Assembly: GCA_963725665.1 (NCBI GenBank)
Contig: CAVRZA010000006.1
Coordinates: forward strand, 1 to 64,000
DNA from: an uncultured Actinomycetes bacterium
GTDB lineage: Bacteria; Actinomycetota; Thermoleophilia; UBA2241
Direction: 5' to 3'
Length of the DNA: 64,000 nucleotides
Positions within the stretch are counted from its first letter, which is position 1, and each line of letters starts with the position of its first letter. The notes beneath the pieces were generated by a model. The model ran no database searches. It was not told where the DNA came from and was given only the letters and a program-made list of their open reading frames with translations. The position numbers and the translations under genes were made by a program. Below, piece by piece: positions 43,821 through 53,883 of the stretch.

Positions 43821-44933
43821 TCAGACGGTTTCGGTGGACGGAACCGAGGCGTCGCTGGGCGGCGACTCCTCCCGCTCGGGCGGCGCCTCGATCACGAGGC
43901 CGCGCCTCACCGGGAACAGGTGCACGTCCCAGCGCTCGACGACCCAGCCCCAGATCCCCCGCGGCGCCTTCGTCGCCATGACGACGGCGATCGCGCCGAG
44001 CAGCAGCATGTACGTCGAGCCGTACTGGCTGAGGGTCTGCTGCAAGACGAAGAAGATCACGGCCCCGATGATGGGCCCCTCGATGCTGCCGAAGCCGCCG
44101 ATGACGACGATGAAGATGGCAAATGCCGTCCAGTTGATGCTGAACGACGCCGCCGGCTGGATGAAGATCAGGTTCAACGCGACGACCGACCCCATGGCGC
44201 CGCAGCCGAAGGCCGCGACCACGAAGACGATAAGTTTCAAGCGGAAGATGTTCACGCCTGAACTCTGCGCCGCCAAGTCGTTGTCGCGGATGGCCGTCAG
44301 TCCGAGGCCGAGCTTCGAACGCAACAGGAAGTAGACGATCAGGACCGAGCCGACCGCAACGGTAAGCCCGATCCAGTAGGTGCCTGGTATGCGCGTCTCG
44401 AACGGCATGCTGGCGGCGGACATGACGCTTGTGCCCGACCCGCCTCCCGTTGCCTGGATGTTCGACACGATGATGCGCATGATCTCGGCGAACACCCAGG
44501 TGCCGATGGCGAAGTAGCCGCCCCTCAGGCGAAAGAGCAGCGGCGCGATGGGCAGCGCGATGAGAGCGGCGATCGCCGCCCCGCCGATGACCGACACGAA
44601 GGGGTGTATGTTGAGTCGATCGGCGAAGAACCACAACCCGTAGGCGCCGATGCCGATGAACGCTTGCTGACCGACTGAGATCAGCCCCGCATAGCCTCCC
44701 AACAAGTTCCACATCTGCGCCAGGGCGACCAAGCCGAAGAGCGTGATCAGCGTCCTCGACGTGCCCACCTGCGCCCAGAGCGGGACGGAGGCGAGCGCGG
44801 CGACGACGATCACGCTGACGACGAGCACGTAGAGGTGCATCCGCCTGGAGCGGGCGACGCGGAACCCTGGGATCCTCAAGCCGCTGCCGGCCGCGATGTG
44901 GCCACCGCCAGCCAGTGTCGCCGGTTCACTCAC
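43821..44933 (-). CDS. Branched-chain amino acid-type ABC permease (LivM-like)
   Basis: WNLLGGYAGLISVGQ, LRGGYFAIGT, IGGFGSIEGPIIG. Confidence 0.9.
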   Translation of the reverse strand: MSEPATLAGGGHIAAGSGLRIPGFRVARSRRMHLYVLVVSVIVVAALASVPLWAQVGTSRTLITLFGLVALAQMWNLLGGYAGLISVGQQAFIGIGAYGLWFFADRLNIHPFVSVIGGAAIAALIALPIAPLLFRLRGGYFAIGTWVFAEIMRIIVSNIQATGGGSGTSVMSAASMPFETRIPGTYWIGLTVAVGSVLIVYFLLRSKLGLGLTAIRDNDLAAQSSGVNIFRLKLIVFVVAAFGCGAMGSVVALNLIFIQPAASFSINWTAFAIFIVVIGGFGSIEGPIIGAVIFFVLQQTLSQYGSTYMLLLGAIAVVMATKAPRGIWGWVVERWDVHLFPVRRGLVIEAPPEREESPPSDASVPSTETV

Positions 44934-45802
44934 GTGGTCACCGTCCGGGCGAAGAAGCCGCTCGGCCGCAGCGCCAAGACGAACAGGAAGACGGCATGAC
45001 CGCAGAGGATCCCCCAGCCGGTGCCGAGGGCCTGTGCGCCGACTACCTGGGCGACGCCGAGGACGACTCCGCCCAGCAACGTGCCCCAGAGGGAGCCCAT
45101 GCCGCCCATGATGACCGCCTCGAAGGCGAAGATGAGGTTGAAGGGGCCGGTCGAGGGATCGAACGTGGTGCGGATGGCGAGCGCGATGCCGCCGATGGCG
45201 ACGGTCACGAGGGCCACGGCCATGGCGAGTGAGTAGATGTGCCGGTTGTCGATGCCCATCAGCTCGGCCGCCTCGCGATCGTCGGAGGTCGCTCTGAACG
45301 CCTTGCCGAGCTTTGTTCGGTTCAAGAACAGCTGCAGCGTGGTGATGCTCACGATTGCAGTGACGAACACGAGCAGCGGGTACCAGCCGACTGCGACCTG
45401 GTCTGAGATGCGTATGCTGGCGTTCTCGACGGCGCCCGCGTCGAGGCCGCGCGAGTCGGCCGAGAAGGCGACCAGTAGCCCGTTCTGGATGATGATCGAC
45501 AACCCGAAGGTGACCACGATGGGCCGCGTGTCGTCGGTGCCCAGGGTGAAGTTGAGGAGTCCCCGCTGGAGCACGTAGCCGATGGCGAACATGAGGACGA
45601 TCGTCAGGAGGCTCGACCACAGGAGCGGCAGATGGGCCGATTGCACCAGAGCCAAGGCGATGAAGGCCGCGAGGATGCCCAGGTCGCCGTGTGCGAGGTT
45701 GACCAGACGCATGACGCCGAAGACCAGGGCGAGGCCGACGGCGAAGAGTGCGTAGAGCCCTCCCAGAAGGATCCCCTGCAGTACGATGTTGACCCAGTTC
45801 AT
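44930..45802 (-). CDS. Branched-chain amino acid-type ABC permease (LivH-like)
   Basis: GLALVFGVMRLVNLAHG, GGMGSLWG, RPSG. Confidence 0.92.
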   Translation of the reverse strand: MNWVNIVLQGILLGGLYALFAVGLALVFGVMRLVNLAHGDLGILAAFIALALVQSAHLPLLWSSLLTIVLMFAIGYVLQRGLLNFTLGTDDTRPIVVTFGLSIIIQNGLLVAFSADSRGLDAGAVENASIRISDQVAVGWYPLLVFVTAIVSITTLQLFLNRTKLGKAFRATSDDREAAELMGIDNRHIYSLAMAVALVTVAIGGIALAIRTTFDPSTGPFNLIFAFEAVIMGGMGSLWGTLLGGVVLGVAQVVGAQALGTGWGILCGHAVFLFVLALRPSGFFARTVTT

Positions 45803-45806
45803 GCCC

Positions 45807-46505
45807 TCACATCCCGAAGTAGGCGGCCGTGATGTCGTCGGAACTCAACTCGGCGGGTTCGCCCTGCAGCGAGATCCGGCCCTCGAGGAAGCAGGCGACG
45901 CGGTCGGCAACGGTGAGAACGTGCTGGACGTCCTGCTCGACGACGAGGATCGTGGTGCCCCGTGCCGGCAGGGCCTCCATGGCTTCGTAGATACGCTTGA
46001 TGACAACGGGCGCGAGGCCCAGCGAGACTTCATCGAGAAGCACAAGGCGCGGGTTCGACATCAACGCTCTGCCGATGGCGAGCGCCTGCTGTTCGCCGCC
46101 TGAGAGGCTCGCCGATTGTCGCTTTGCCAGCGGCTTCAAGAGCGGAAAGAGCTCGTACACCGATGCCACGTCCCAGTCGCCCTGGCGCCCCCCGTAGGCA
46201 CCGATCTGCAAGTTCTCTTCGACCGTGAGGCTCGGAAAGACGCGCCTCCCTTCGGGCACCATCGAGATACCCATCCCGACCCGTTTGTGGGTGCTCAGGT
46301 GGTCGATCGACTCCCCGTCGAAAAGCACCTTTCCCGAGCGGGGGCGAAGCAACCCGGCTATCGTCCTGAGCATCGTCGACTTGCCGGCGCCGTTGGCCCC
46401 GATGACGGCGAACGTCTGGCCCTCTTCGACCTTGAATGAGATCGAGAAGAGGGCCTGGAAGTCGCCGTAGAAGACGTCCACGCCCTCCAGCTCGAGGATG
46501 CTCAT
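45807..46505 (-). CDS. ABC ATPase (LivF-like)
   Basis: GANGAGKST, LSGGEQQ, LLDE. Confidence 0.93.
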   Translation of the reverse strand: MSILELEGVDVFYGDFQALFSISFKVEEGQTFAVIGANGAGKSTMLRTIAGLLRPRSGKVLFDGESIDHLSTHKRVGMGISMVPEGRRVFPSLTVEENLQIGAYGGRQGDWDVASVYELFPLLKPLAKRQSASLSGGEQQALAIGRALMSNPRLVLLDEVSLGLAPVVIKRIYEAMEALPARGTTILVVEQDVQHVLTVADRVACFLEGRISLQGEPAELSSDDITAAYFGM

Positions 46506-47227
46506 ACCGGGGTGCCCCCCATGTAGCAGGCCTGCACCTCGTCGCTGCGCATGACCTCTTCCGGCTCTCCCTCTGCGATCTGGCGCCCGAAGTTGATGGC
46601 GAAGATCCGGTCGACGGTGGCCAGCAGGGCGTGGACGATGTGCTCGATCCAGACGATCGAGATGCCCTCAGCGTGCAGGTCGCGGATGGTCGTGATCAGC
46701 TCCTCGACCTCCACCTCGGTGAGCCCGCCGGCGATTTCGTCAAGCAACAGCACGAACGGATCGCCGGCCAGCGCCCGAGCGAGCTCGAGACGCTTGCGGT
46801 TGAGGAGCGTGAGCTTGCCCGCCTGATGGTTCGCCTTGTCGGTCAACCTCGTCAGCTCCAGCGTCTCGACACAGCGCTGGTAGCTCGCGCGCTCGGTCGT
46901 GCCGCGTGCGTATGCGGCGCACACGAGGACGTTCTCGAACACGCTCATGGCGGTGAACGGCTTGGGGATCTGGAACGTCCGTCCTATGCCGTTGCGGCAA
47001 CGTTTCTGCCGCGAGAGGTGAGTGATGTCGTCGTTGTTGAAGAGGACCCGACCGTCGTCGGGCCGATGGACGCCGGTGATGAGGTTGAACAAGGTCGTCT
47101 TACCGGCGCCGTTCGGCCCGACGATGCCCAGGGCTTCGCCCTCGGTCAGCTGGATGCTCAGATCGTCGATCACCAGCACGCCGCCGAACGACTTCGTCAG
47201 CCCCCTGGTCTCGAGGACGGTGGTCAC
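46502..47227 (-). CDS. ABC ATPase (LivG-like)
   Basis: GPNGAGKTT, RTFQ, LLDE, IEH. Confidence 0.93.
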   Translation of the reverse strand: MTTVLETRGLTKSFGGVLVIDDLSIQLTEGEALGIVGPNGAGKTTLFNLITGVHRPDDGRVLFNNDDITHLSRQKRCRNGIGRTFQIPKPFTAMSVFENVLVCAAYARGTTERASYQRCVETLELTRLTDKANHQAGKLTLLNRKRLELARALAGDPFVLLLDEIAGGLTEVEVEELITTIRDLHAEGISIVWIEHIVHALLATVDRIFAINFGRQIAEGEPEEVMRSDEVQACYMGGTPV

Positions 47228-47317
47228 AAGTGACCACCGTCCTCGTCCCCCAGGCTCTTCTCGGAGCCGTTGGGCTGGAGAACGCCCTGGGCTTGCACGG
47301 TCCGGTTCACGTCACTC

Positions 47318-48739
47318 TCAGGCGTAGCTCATCGGTGCAAGCTTGCCGTTCTCGGGGATAGTGACGTTGAACGGCGCCGCCGCCGCGTGCGACGTGTCCA
47401 CGAGCAGCAGGTCGAACGGGTACTTCGTGCCCTTGGTCCACATGCCGCCCACGAGCACCGTGCGGCAGACGTTCGGGACCGGGTTCAGATCCCCTCCCGA
47501 CCACGTGACCTTGCCCGCGATGGTGTCCATGTCGGTCGCCTTGATGGCGTCCACGACGACTTGCTTGTCGTCGACGTTGGTGGCGCGCTTGAGGGCGTCG
47601 ACGACGACCTCGAAGACGGCGTAGTGCAGCAGTGGCTGTGCCCACTCCTTGCCGTTCGAGGCGGTCCAGGCGTCGGCCAGCTGCTGGCAGGTCTGACCGG
47701 AGAGCGACGACTTGAAGGGGTGCCAGGGCGACCACCAGCACTCGGTGGTGAGCCCGTAGCCGATGGGGCCGATCGCTTCCATCTCGGCCGGGAAGAGCAG
47801 GGCCTTGCCGACGGTGGCCGCAACCGGTTTGAACCTCTGCTGGTAGGACTGCTTCCAGAAGTTGACGAAGTCCGGCGGGATGAAGACGCCGCTCAGAATC
47901 TCACAGCCGGCCGCCTTGAACTTGGTGATCTGCGGCGTGTAGTCCTGCGTGTTGGGCAGGAAGCGGCCGCCGTCGACGAACGTATACCCCGCCGCCTTGA
48001 GCATCGGAGGCTGCCCCGTCTTGGGGTCGGCCCAGCCCTTGCCGTCGGCGTCGTTGGGCCACATCTCGCCGACTCGCTTGTTCGTCGGGAGCTGGTCCCA
48101 CATGCCGGTGAACACCGCCGTCACGTCTTCGAGGCCCCAGAAGAAGTGATAGGTCCACTTGAAGGGCACCGGGTTGGCCGGATCCTTCTGACGCCCGAAA
48201 AAGTATGGCTGCCATGGACAGTCGTTGGAGACGCAGGGAACGCCGAACGATTCGGCCGTGGAGGACACGGGGTTCACCGTGTCCGGCGTCGAAGCGACCA
48301 TCATGATGTCGACGCCGTCGTTGGTGATCAGGTCCCCGGCGACCGTCCCAGCACGCGTGGTGTCCGACTGGGAGTCCTTCACGATGATCTCGATCGGGTG
48401 AGTCTTGCCATCGCCGCAAGCGACACCGCCCTTCACGGCGGCCTTCCACTGTTCCACGATGAACGTGTCAAGCTGACCGAATGTGGCCAAGGGGCCCGTC
48501 AGCGGCGTCACGAAGCCGACCTTGATGGCGCGGCCCGTGGCGCTGGCGCTCGCCCCACCGCCACCGCCGCCGCTGCTGCCGCAGGCGGAGAGGGCGCCGC
48601 TCAGTCCGCCCAATGCGCCCACCGTGAGGCCGGTCGCGCCGGCGACCTTGAGAAAGTCGCGCCGGCTGATCGGCTTGCGGGTCAGCGGAGTCTCCTCCGA
48701 GCCCGAAGCCCCTGTGGACCTGTCATGGTCCTCTGCCAT
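47318..48739 (-). CDS. Liv-type ABC substrate-binding lipoprotein with Tat signal
   Basis: SRRDFLK twin-arginine motif, LSAC lipobox, IKVGFVTPLTGPLA. Confidence 0.9.
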   Translation of the reverse strand: MAEDHDRSTGASGSEETPLTRKPISRRDFLKVAGATGLTVGALGGLSGALSACGSSGGGGGGASASATGRAIKVGFVTPLTGPLATFGQLDTFIVEQWKAAVKGGVACGDGKTHPIEIIVKDSQSDTTRAGTVAGDLITNDGVDIMMVASTPDTVNPVSSTAESFGVPCVSNDCPWQPYFFGRQKDPANPVPFKWTYHFFWGLEDVTAVFTGMWDQLPTNKRVGEMWPNDADGKGWADPKTGQPPMLKAAGYTFVDGGRFLPNTQDYTPQITKFKAAGCEILSGVFIPPDFVNFWKQSYQQRFKPVAATVGKALLFPAEMEAIGPIGYGLTTECWWSPWHPFKSSLSGQTCQQLADAWTASNGKEWAQPLLHYAVFEVVVDALKRATNVDDKQVVVDAIKATDMDTIAGKVTWSGGDLNPVPNVCRTVLVGGMWTKGTKYPFDLLLVDTSHAAAAPFNVTIPENGKLAPMSYA

Positions 48740-49033
48740 GCCTCCTCCTTCCCCTGGTCCCGCGGCCCCTCGGCTCTTCAACGAGCCGATGGCTGCCGCG
48801 AGTGACCCCCGCTGGTTCCGATTTCTACCTGGGCGGACGCCGCACCTGGCCTCCACCGCTTCTGGTCCTGACGTATCCGCACGGACGAAGCGGATGACTT
48901 GCCCGCCATACGGACGCCAGCACCCGCGATACGGGCATGATACCGTCGGCCCTGGTCCAGTCAAGCACCCCCTTTGGTCATTTCGGCCCCCTGCGAACAA
49001 GGGACTGCAGCCCTCGTCGAGGAAGCCGGACCC

Positions 49034-49867
49034 TCACGTTTGCCCCACCAACTGTGGCGATAGGCGCAGCCGCTCGACCACCTCGGCCACGGTGGCCGGC
49101 TCGCGTCCGACGGCACGCGCCACCCCGACGAGCTGCTCGACGAGCTGGGCGTTCGAGTCCGCCGGCACGCCAGGCTCGAGAAGCAGCGTGTCCTCCATAC
49201 CGGTGCGCGCGTTGCCGCCCATCGCGAGCCCAATGGTGGTCATCGGCCGATTGGCCTTGGCCACGCCGATGACCTGCCAGCTCGTGCCCGGCGGCAACTC
49301 GCGCACCAGGTAGGCCAGCAGGGCCGGGTCACCGGTCATGCCGCCGCGCACACCCATCACGAACGAGATCTGCAGCGGCTCTGCGAGGAGCCCCTTCTTC
49401 AACAGCTCGAGGGCCACCACGATGTGGCCGGTGTCGTAGACCTCGAGCTCCGGCTTGACCCCGAGCTCGAGCATGCGCTCGGCCAGCTGCATCATCTGTA
49501 CGGGAGGATTGCGGAACTCGCCCTGCCCGAAGGTCATCGTGCACGGGTTCAGGGTCGCCATGGCCGGCCGCACCTCGACGATCTTCATGCGATCTTCGTA
49601 CTCGAACTCGAGCCCGACCCCCGTCGACAGCTGGATGATCGCCGGACAGGCCTCACGCACGAGATCCACCGTGCGCCTGGCGATATCGAGGTCGGCGGTC
49701 CGTCGACCCTGGTCGTCACGAAGGTGGATGTGGACGACCGCCGCTCCGGCCTCGAACGCCCCCCGCGCGCTCTCGGCGACCTCGGCCGGCGACCCCGGCA
49801 GCGCGGGGTTGTCGGCCTTGGTCGCCATGGGGCCCGTGAGCGCGGCCGTGATGATCGGGTTCGGCAT
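49034..49867 (-). CDS. BKACE (beta-keto acid cleavage, DUF849) enzyme; candidate triacetate acetoacetate-lyase
   Basis: IITAALTG, HIHLRD, QLSTG, KPELEVYD, ARTGMED. Confidence 0.9.
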   Translation of the reverse strand: MPNPIITAALTGPMATKADNPALPGSPAEVAESARGAFEAGAAVVHIHLRDDQGRRTADLDIARRTVDLVREACPAIIQLSTGVGLEFEYEDRMKIVEVRPAMATLNPCTMTFGQGEFRNPPVQMMQLAERMLELGVKPELEVYDTGHIVVALELLKKGLLAEPLQISFVMGVRGGMTGDPALLAYLVRELPPGTSWQVIGVAKANRPMTTIGLAMGGNARTGMEDTLLLEPGVPADSNAQLVEQLVGVARAVGREPATVAEVVERLRLSPQLVGQT

Positions 49868-49879
49868 GCCGCCCCCTTC

Positions 49880-50236
49880 TCAGACGTCCCGGGGCTCGGG
49901 ATAGGGGATCGCCACCAGCATCGACGCCGGCGAGTTCGTGCGGTTCTCGATGGCCCGCGACTCGTTGGGTGCCAGGTAGCACGAATCCCACTTCTTCAAC
50001 GTCGTCTCACCCTCGGCGGTGATGACGACGACCTCACCTTCGAGCACGAAGTAGACCTTCTCCACCGGCGTCGCATCCTCGAAGGCTCCGCCTTTGGGCA
50101 AGAAGTGCGAGAGGCCCATCCAGAACGTGCGCGTCTTGCTGACGTCGAAGCCCTGTAGGCGCAGGCCGTAGCATTCGTGGTGCTTGGGCGCCTCGTAGGG
50201 CGGCGCCTCGTCGTAGCGCGTGACCTCCATCGTCAC
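49880..50236 (-). CDS. Cupin domain protein
   Basis: EKVYFVLEGE, WDSCYLAPNESR. Confidence 0.85.
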   Translation of the reverse strand: MTMEVTRYDEAPPYEAPKHHECYGLRLQGFDVSKTRTFWMGLSHFLPKGGAFEDATPVEKVYFVLEGEVVVITAEGETTLKKWDSCYLAPNESRAIENRTNSPASMLVAIPYPEPRDV

Positions 50237-51045
50237 TCCTTCCCCTTCGGGATGCGGAACTCGCCGCTCGGATCGACCATCGCCACGACGCGCACGATGG
50301 AGCCGTCGCCCTTCTCCCAGCGGATCGGGAAGGCGGCGAGAGTGACGCGCTTGCCGGTGACCTTGTCGATGTCGCTGCCGCAGACGTTCTCGAAGCCGAC
50401 CATGCCGTTGCCCAGGATGAGGCGGTGGCAGGGTTCCCAGTCCGGGAAGTCCTGCTCGATCGCGTGCCCCTTACGCTCCTCGTACTCCTTCACGACCTTG
50501 GGCAGCAGCGGGCCGGGGCCGTGCCTGCCGATGGCCGTCGCCAGGGGATGGTCGAGCGCCTGCTGGTCGACGCCGACACCCTTGGCGCCCACCTCGAGGA
50601 GGTACTCGATGGCGCTCGGCACCAGGCCGGGCGAGTAGGCAAAGTACTTCTGGGAGTCGCTGTAGTACTTGTGCCAGCCGCAGTTGATGATCACGAGGTC
50701 GCCGGACCGGATCTGCGGCGTGGCCATCTCCAGGTCCTCGCGCGTGATGGGCGCCCAGTCCTCCTCCTTGGGAATGGAGAGCACGACGCCCGGCCCGAAG
50801 TACTTGTAGAGCGGCACCTCGTCCGTGAACTCGAGGCCTTCGACGACGTGCGCCGGGGCATCGGCGTGCGTCGTGCAGTGCATCACGGTGGTGATCTTCT
50901 GCGATAGCACGCCCGATTTGGCGTGGTAGTGAACGCGCTCGATCTTGACGTCCTCGAAGTAGGGCCAGAGCGGCGCGTTGTGCCCGAAGGGAGCGCTCAG
51001 GTCGTAGAACTCGAGACCGGTCTTCGGATCCTTTGGTTGCTCCAT
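50233..51045 (-). CDS. Metal-dependent cyclase family (KynB-like); candidate dihydrophloroglucinol cyclohydrolase
   Basis: HCTTHADAPAH, GVDQQALDHP, GFEN, GDGSIVR. Confidence 0.88.
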   Translation of the reverse strand: MEQPKDPKTGLEFYDLSAPFGHNAPLWPYFEDVKIERVHYHAKSGVLSQKITTVMHCTTHADAPAHVVEGLEFTDEVPLYKYFGPGVVLSIPKEEDWAPITREDLEMATPQIRSGDLVIINCGWHKYYSDSQKYFAYSPGLVPSAIEYLLEVGAKGVGVDQQALDHPLATAIGRHGPGPLLPKVVKEYEERKGHAIEQDFPDWEPCHRLILGNGMVGFENVCGSDIDKVTGKRVTLAAFPIRWEKGDGSIVRVVAMVDPSGEFRIPKGKE

Positions 51046-52017
51046 CTAGCTCTCCTCTTCGTCCATGTCCTTGGTCAGGCGGACCAGGTGTTCCATGAGG
51101 CGCCGGCGTGAGGCCTGCGCCTCCTCCGGGCTCCAGTCGCGGAAGCCGTGGCCGCTCTTGAAGCCCAGCTCGCCCTTCTCCACCTTCTCACGCAGCGCTG
51201 CAGAGGGCTCGGTCGAGGCGTCGAGGTAGGGGAAGATGTACTGGTGGATGCTGAGCACCAAGTCGAGGCCGCTCATCTCGGCGGTCTCGATCGGGCCGAG
51301 GACCGGCAGCCGCAACCCGAAGCCGTAGCGGATGCTCTCGTCGACCGTGGCGGGATCGGCGATGCCGCGGTCGACGATGGCGAATGCCTCGCGCCAGAGG
51401 GCGTGCTGCAGGCGGTTGGCGACGAACCCAGGCACGTCCTTCTTGACGTCGATGGGGTGCTTGCCGACCGAGCGCAGCAGGGCGATGGTCTTCTCGATCA
51501 CGTGTGGTGCGGTGTCCGGGGTGCGCACGACCTCGACCAGCGGCACCAGGTAGGGGGGGTTCCAGAAGTGCGTGCCGATGACGCGCTCCTTGTGGCGCGC
51601 CTGACTGCCGACCTCTCCTATGCTCATGACGGAGGTGTTGGTGGCCAGGATCGTCTGGGGCGGGCAGAGCTCGTCGAGATCGGCGAAGACCTGCTGCTTG
51701 AGCTGCAGGTCTTCGAAGACGCACTCCACGACAAAGCCCGCCCCACGCGCCGCTTCCGCGAGATCCGACGTCGTGGTCACGCGGGCGACGGCCACACCGA
51801 TCTCGTCGGGCGGGTACACCTCGTGCTCGGCCAAGAAGGTCAGGTTCGATCGGATCGCCTCCGGCGCCCGCTCGAGCGCCTCTTCGAAGACGTCCTGGAG
51901 CATCACCTGGTGTCCGCGCGCCGCGAACACCTGCGCGATGCCGACGCCCATCATGCCGGCGCCGATGACCGCTACACGCTCCGGCTCGCCTGATCTCATC
52001 CTTCGCTCCCCGGGCAC
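51046..52017 (-). CDS. 3-hydroxyacyl-CoA dehydrogenase family; candidate 3-hydroxy-5-oxohexanoate dehydrogenase
   Basis: GAGMMG, ATNTS, THFWNPP, PGFVANRLQ. Confidence 0.9.
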   Translation of the reverse strand: MPGERRMRSGEPERVAVIGAGMMGVGIAQVFAARGHQVMLQDVFEEALERAPEAIRSNLTFLAEHEVYPPDEIGVAVARVTTTSDLAEAARGAGFVVECVFEDLQLKQQVFADLDELCPPQTILATNTSVMSIGEVGSQARHKERVIGTHFWNPPYLVPLVEVVRTPDTAPHVIEKTIALLRSVGKHPIDVKKDVPGFVANRLQHALWREAFAIVDRGIADPATVDESIRYGFGLRLPVLGPIETAEMSGLDLVLSIHQYIFPYLDASTEPSAALREKVEKGELGFKSGHGFRDWSPEEAQASRRRLMEHLVRLTKDMDEEES

Positions 52018-52030
52018 TGGCGTTGGCGGC

Positions 52031-52828
52031 TCAGCCGGCCGTGGCGCCGCCGTCGACCATGAGGATGTCGCCGGTGACCATGTCGGACGCCGCCGAGGCG
52101 AGGTAGACGACCGCCCCGATCAAGTCGTTCAGCTCGGCGGCGCGTTTCAAGGGGATGCGCTGCATGAAGATCTCGAAGAGCTTGGGGTCGTCGAGGATCG
52201 GCTGCGTGAGAGGCGTCCAGAAGACGCAGGGCGCTATGCTGTTCACGTTGATCTTGTACTTCGCCCACTCCGTCGCCAGTTGCTTGGTCAACAGGTGCAC
52301 GGCGCCCTTGGCCGGCACGTAGGCGGCGTAGCCGCCCGGGTGACCCAGCTCCCCGCGCAAGGACCCGACGGTGATGATCTTGCCGCCGCCCTGCTTGATC
52401 ATCTGCCGTCCCGCCGCCTGGCAGCAGAGGAAGGTCCCCCTGACCAGGGAGTCCATCACCTTCTGCCACTCGTCGATGGGGAACTCCTCGGCGGGGTAGC
52501 GGTTGGTGACCCCCGAGCCGGTGACGAGGATGTCGACGTGGCCGAGCTCCTCGATCGTCTGGGCGACCATCGCCGCGACGCTGGCCTCGTCGGTCGTGTC
52601 GCACGGGATCGCCCGCACCTCGTGCTCCGACAGGGCGCGCAACTCGTCGGCGGCCCGATCGAGGTTCTCCGCGTTGCGGCTCGTAAGCACGACGTCGGCG
52701 CCGAAGGCGGCCAGTCCTCTCGCCGCCGCGCCGCCGAAGGCGCCCGAGCCCCCGGTGACGATGGCCACCTTGCCGGTCAGGTCGAACATGTTGCGGATCT
52801 GCTCAAGACTCCAGGTCTCTTGCGCCAT
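52031..52828 (-). CDS. SDR oxidoreductase; candidate phloroglucinol reductase
   Basis: TGGSGAFG, YVPAK, NVNSIAP, DGG. Confidence 0.88.
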   Translation of the reverse strand: MAQETWSLEQIRNMFDLTGKVAIVTGGSGAFGGAAARGLAAFGADVVLTSRNAENLDRAADELRALSEHEVRAIPCDTTDEASVAAMVAQTIEELGHVDILVTGSGVTNRYPAEEFPIDEWQKVMDSLVRGTFLCCQAAGRQMIKQGGGKIITVGSLRGELGHPGGYAAYVPAKGAVHLLTKQLATEWAKYKINVNSIAPCVFWTPLTQPILDDPKLFEIFMQRIPLKRAAELNDLIGAVVYLASAASDMVTGDILMVDGGATAG

Positions 52829-52911
52829 CTGCTCCCCTTCCGAACCGTGCCTTTGCTCTCTCGACCGCCGACGGCGGTCGCGTTCTGTCGCCGATCAGGC
52901 GGCGAAGCCCG

Positions 52912-53688
52912 TCACCGTTCGCCGCCGCTCAGTACCGACTGGATCTCGTCACGCGTGCGCAGCAGCGCCGCGGCGACCTCGCGTTCTCTCGCCTCGAAGC
53001 GCGCCGCCGGCAAGACCACTCCGACGGCCGCCAGTGATCCCAGGGCGTCGTGGACCACCGTCGCGACCGCCGCGATCCCCACGGTGTGCTCCTCGCGGTC
53101 GTAGGCCACGCCCGTGGCACGGACTAGATCGAGCTCCTCGTGCAGCACGCGGCGGTCAGTGATCGTCGCCGGAGTGTGCTTCGGCAGGCCGGACGGGACG
53201 AGGGCGTCGACCTCGTCGTCGCCCATGGCTGCAAGCAGGGCCTTGCCGTTCGCCGTGCAGTAGACGGGAAAGCGACCGCCGATCTCAGACACGATACGCA
53301 GCACGTTCTGCGAGGTGTACTGGTCGATGAAGAGCACATCCTCGCCGTCGAGCACCCCGAGGTCGACCGTCTCATGCACCTCGTGCGAGAGCCGCTCCAG
53401 GTAGGGCGCCGCCTCGTGACGGAGCTCTCTCCGGCTGGCTACGGCGATGTGGATGAGAGCCGGGCCGATGCGCAGCTTGCCCGACGGCGACGCGAGCACG
53501 AAGCCCTCGTGACTCAGGGCCCGCACGATGCGGTGCGCGGTCGAGCGCGGCAGCTCGACGCGCGCCGCGAGCTCGGCAAGGGAGAGACCGCGCGGCGAGG
53601 CCGCGAGCTGGCGCAGCACCTCCGACGCGCGGGCGATGACCTGCACACCCTCGCGGCGCCGGCCCGCGGCGTTGGGCGAAGCCGTCAT
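52912..53688 (-). CDS. IclR family transcriptional regulator
   Basis: VQVIARA, LPRSTAHRI, YCTANGKALLA, DREEH. Confidence 0.92.
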   Translation of the reverse strand: MTASPNAAGRRREGVQVIARASEVLRQLAASPRGLSLAELAARVELPRSTAHRIVRALSHEGFVLASPSGKLRIGPALIHIAVASRRELRHEAAPYLERLSHEVHETVDLGVLDGEDVLFIDQYTSQNVLRIVSEIGGRFPVYCTANGKALLAAMGDDEVDALVPSGLPKHTPATITDRRVLHEELDLVRATGVAYDREEHTVGIAAVATVVHDALGSLAAVGVVLPAARFEAREREVAAALLRTRDEIQSVLSGGER

Positions 53689-53748
53689 CCGCAGTTGCGC
53701 CACGTCCCCTGACTCCCTCGTGGATCCCTCGCCGGACATCCCCGCGAA

Positions 53749-53763
53749 TACTGCATTGCGGAA
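53749..53763. promoter_or_regulatory. Candidate IclR operator
   Basis: Pseudo-palindrome TACTGCA-T-TGCGGAA upstream of the IclR gene. Confidence 0.35.
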
Positions 53764-53883
53764 CTGCCCATCCGTGATGCAGGACATCATTGCAGCACAC
53801 GAGGCGCGAATCAAGTACGAGTCCGACGCTCGTCGTCGAGCCTGAACGCCGCTCGCCGAGGCACGCGCGGTGCGTGCCGAACG

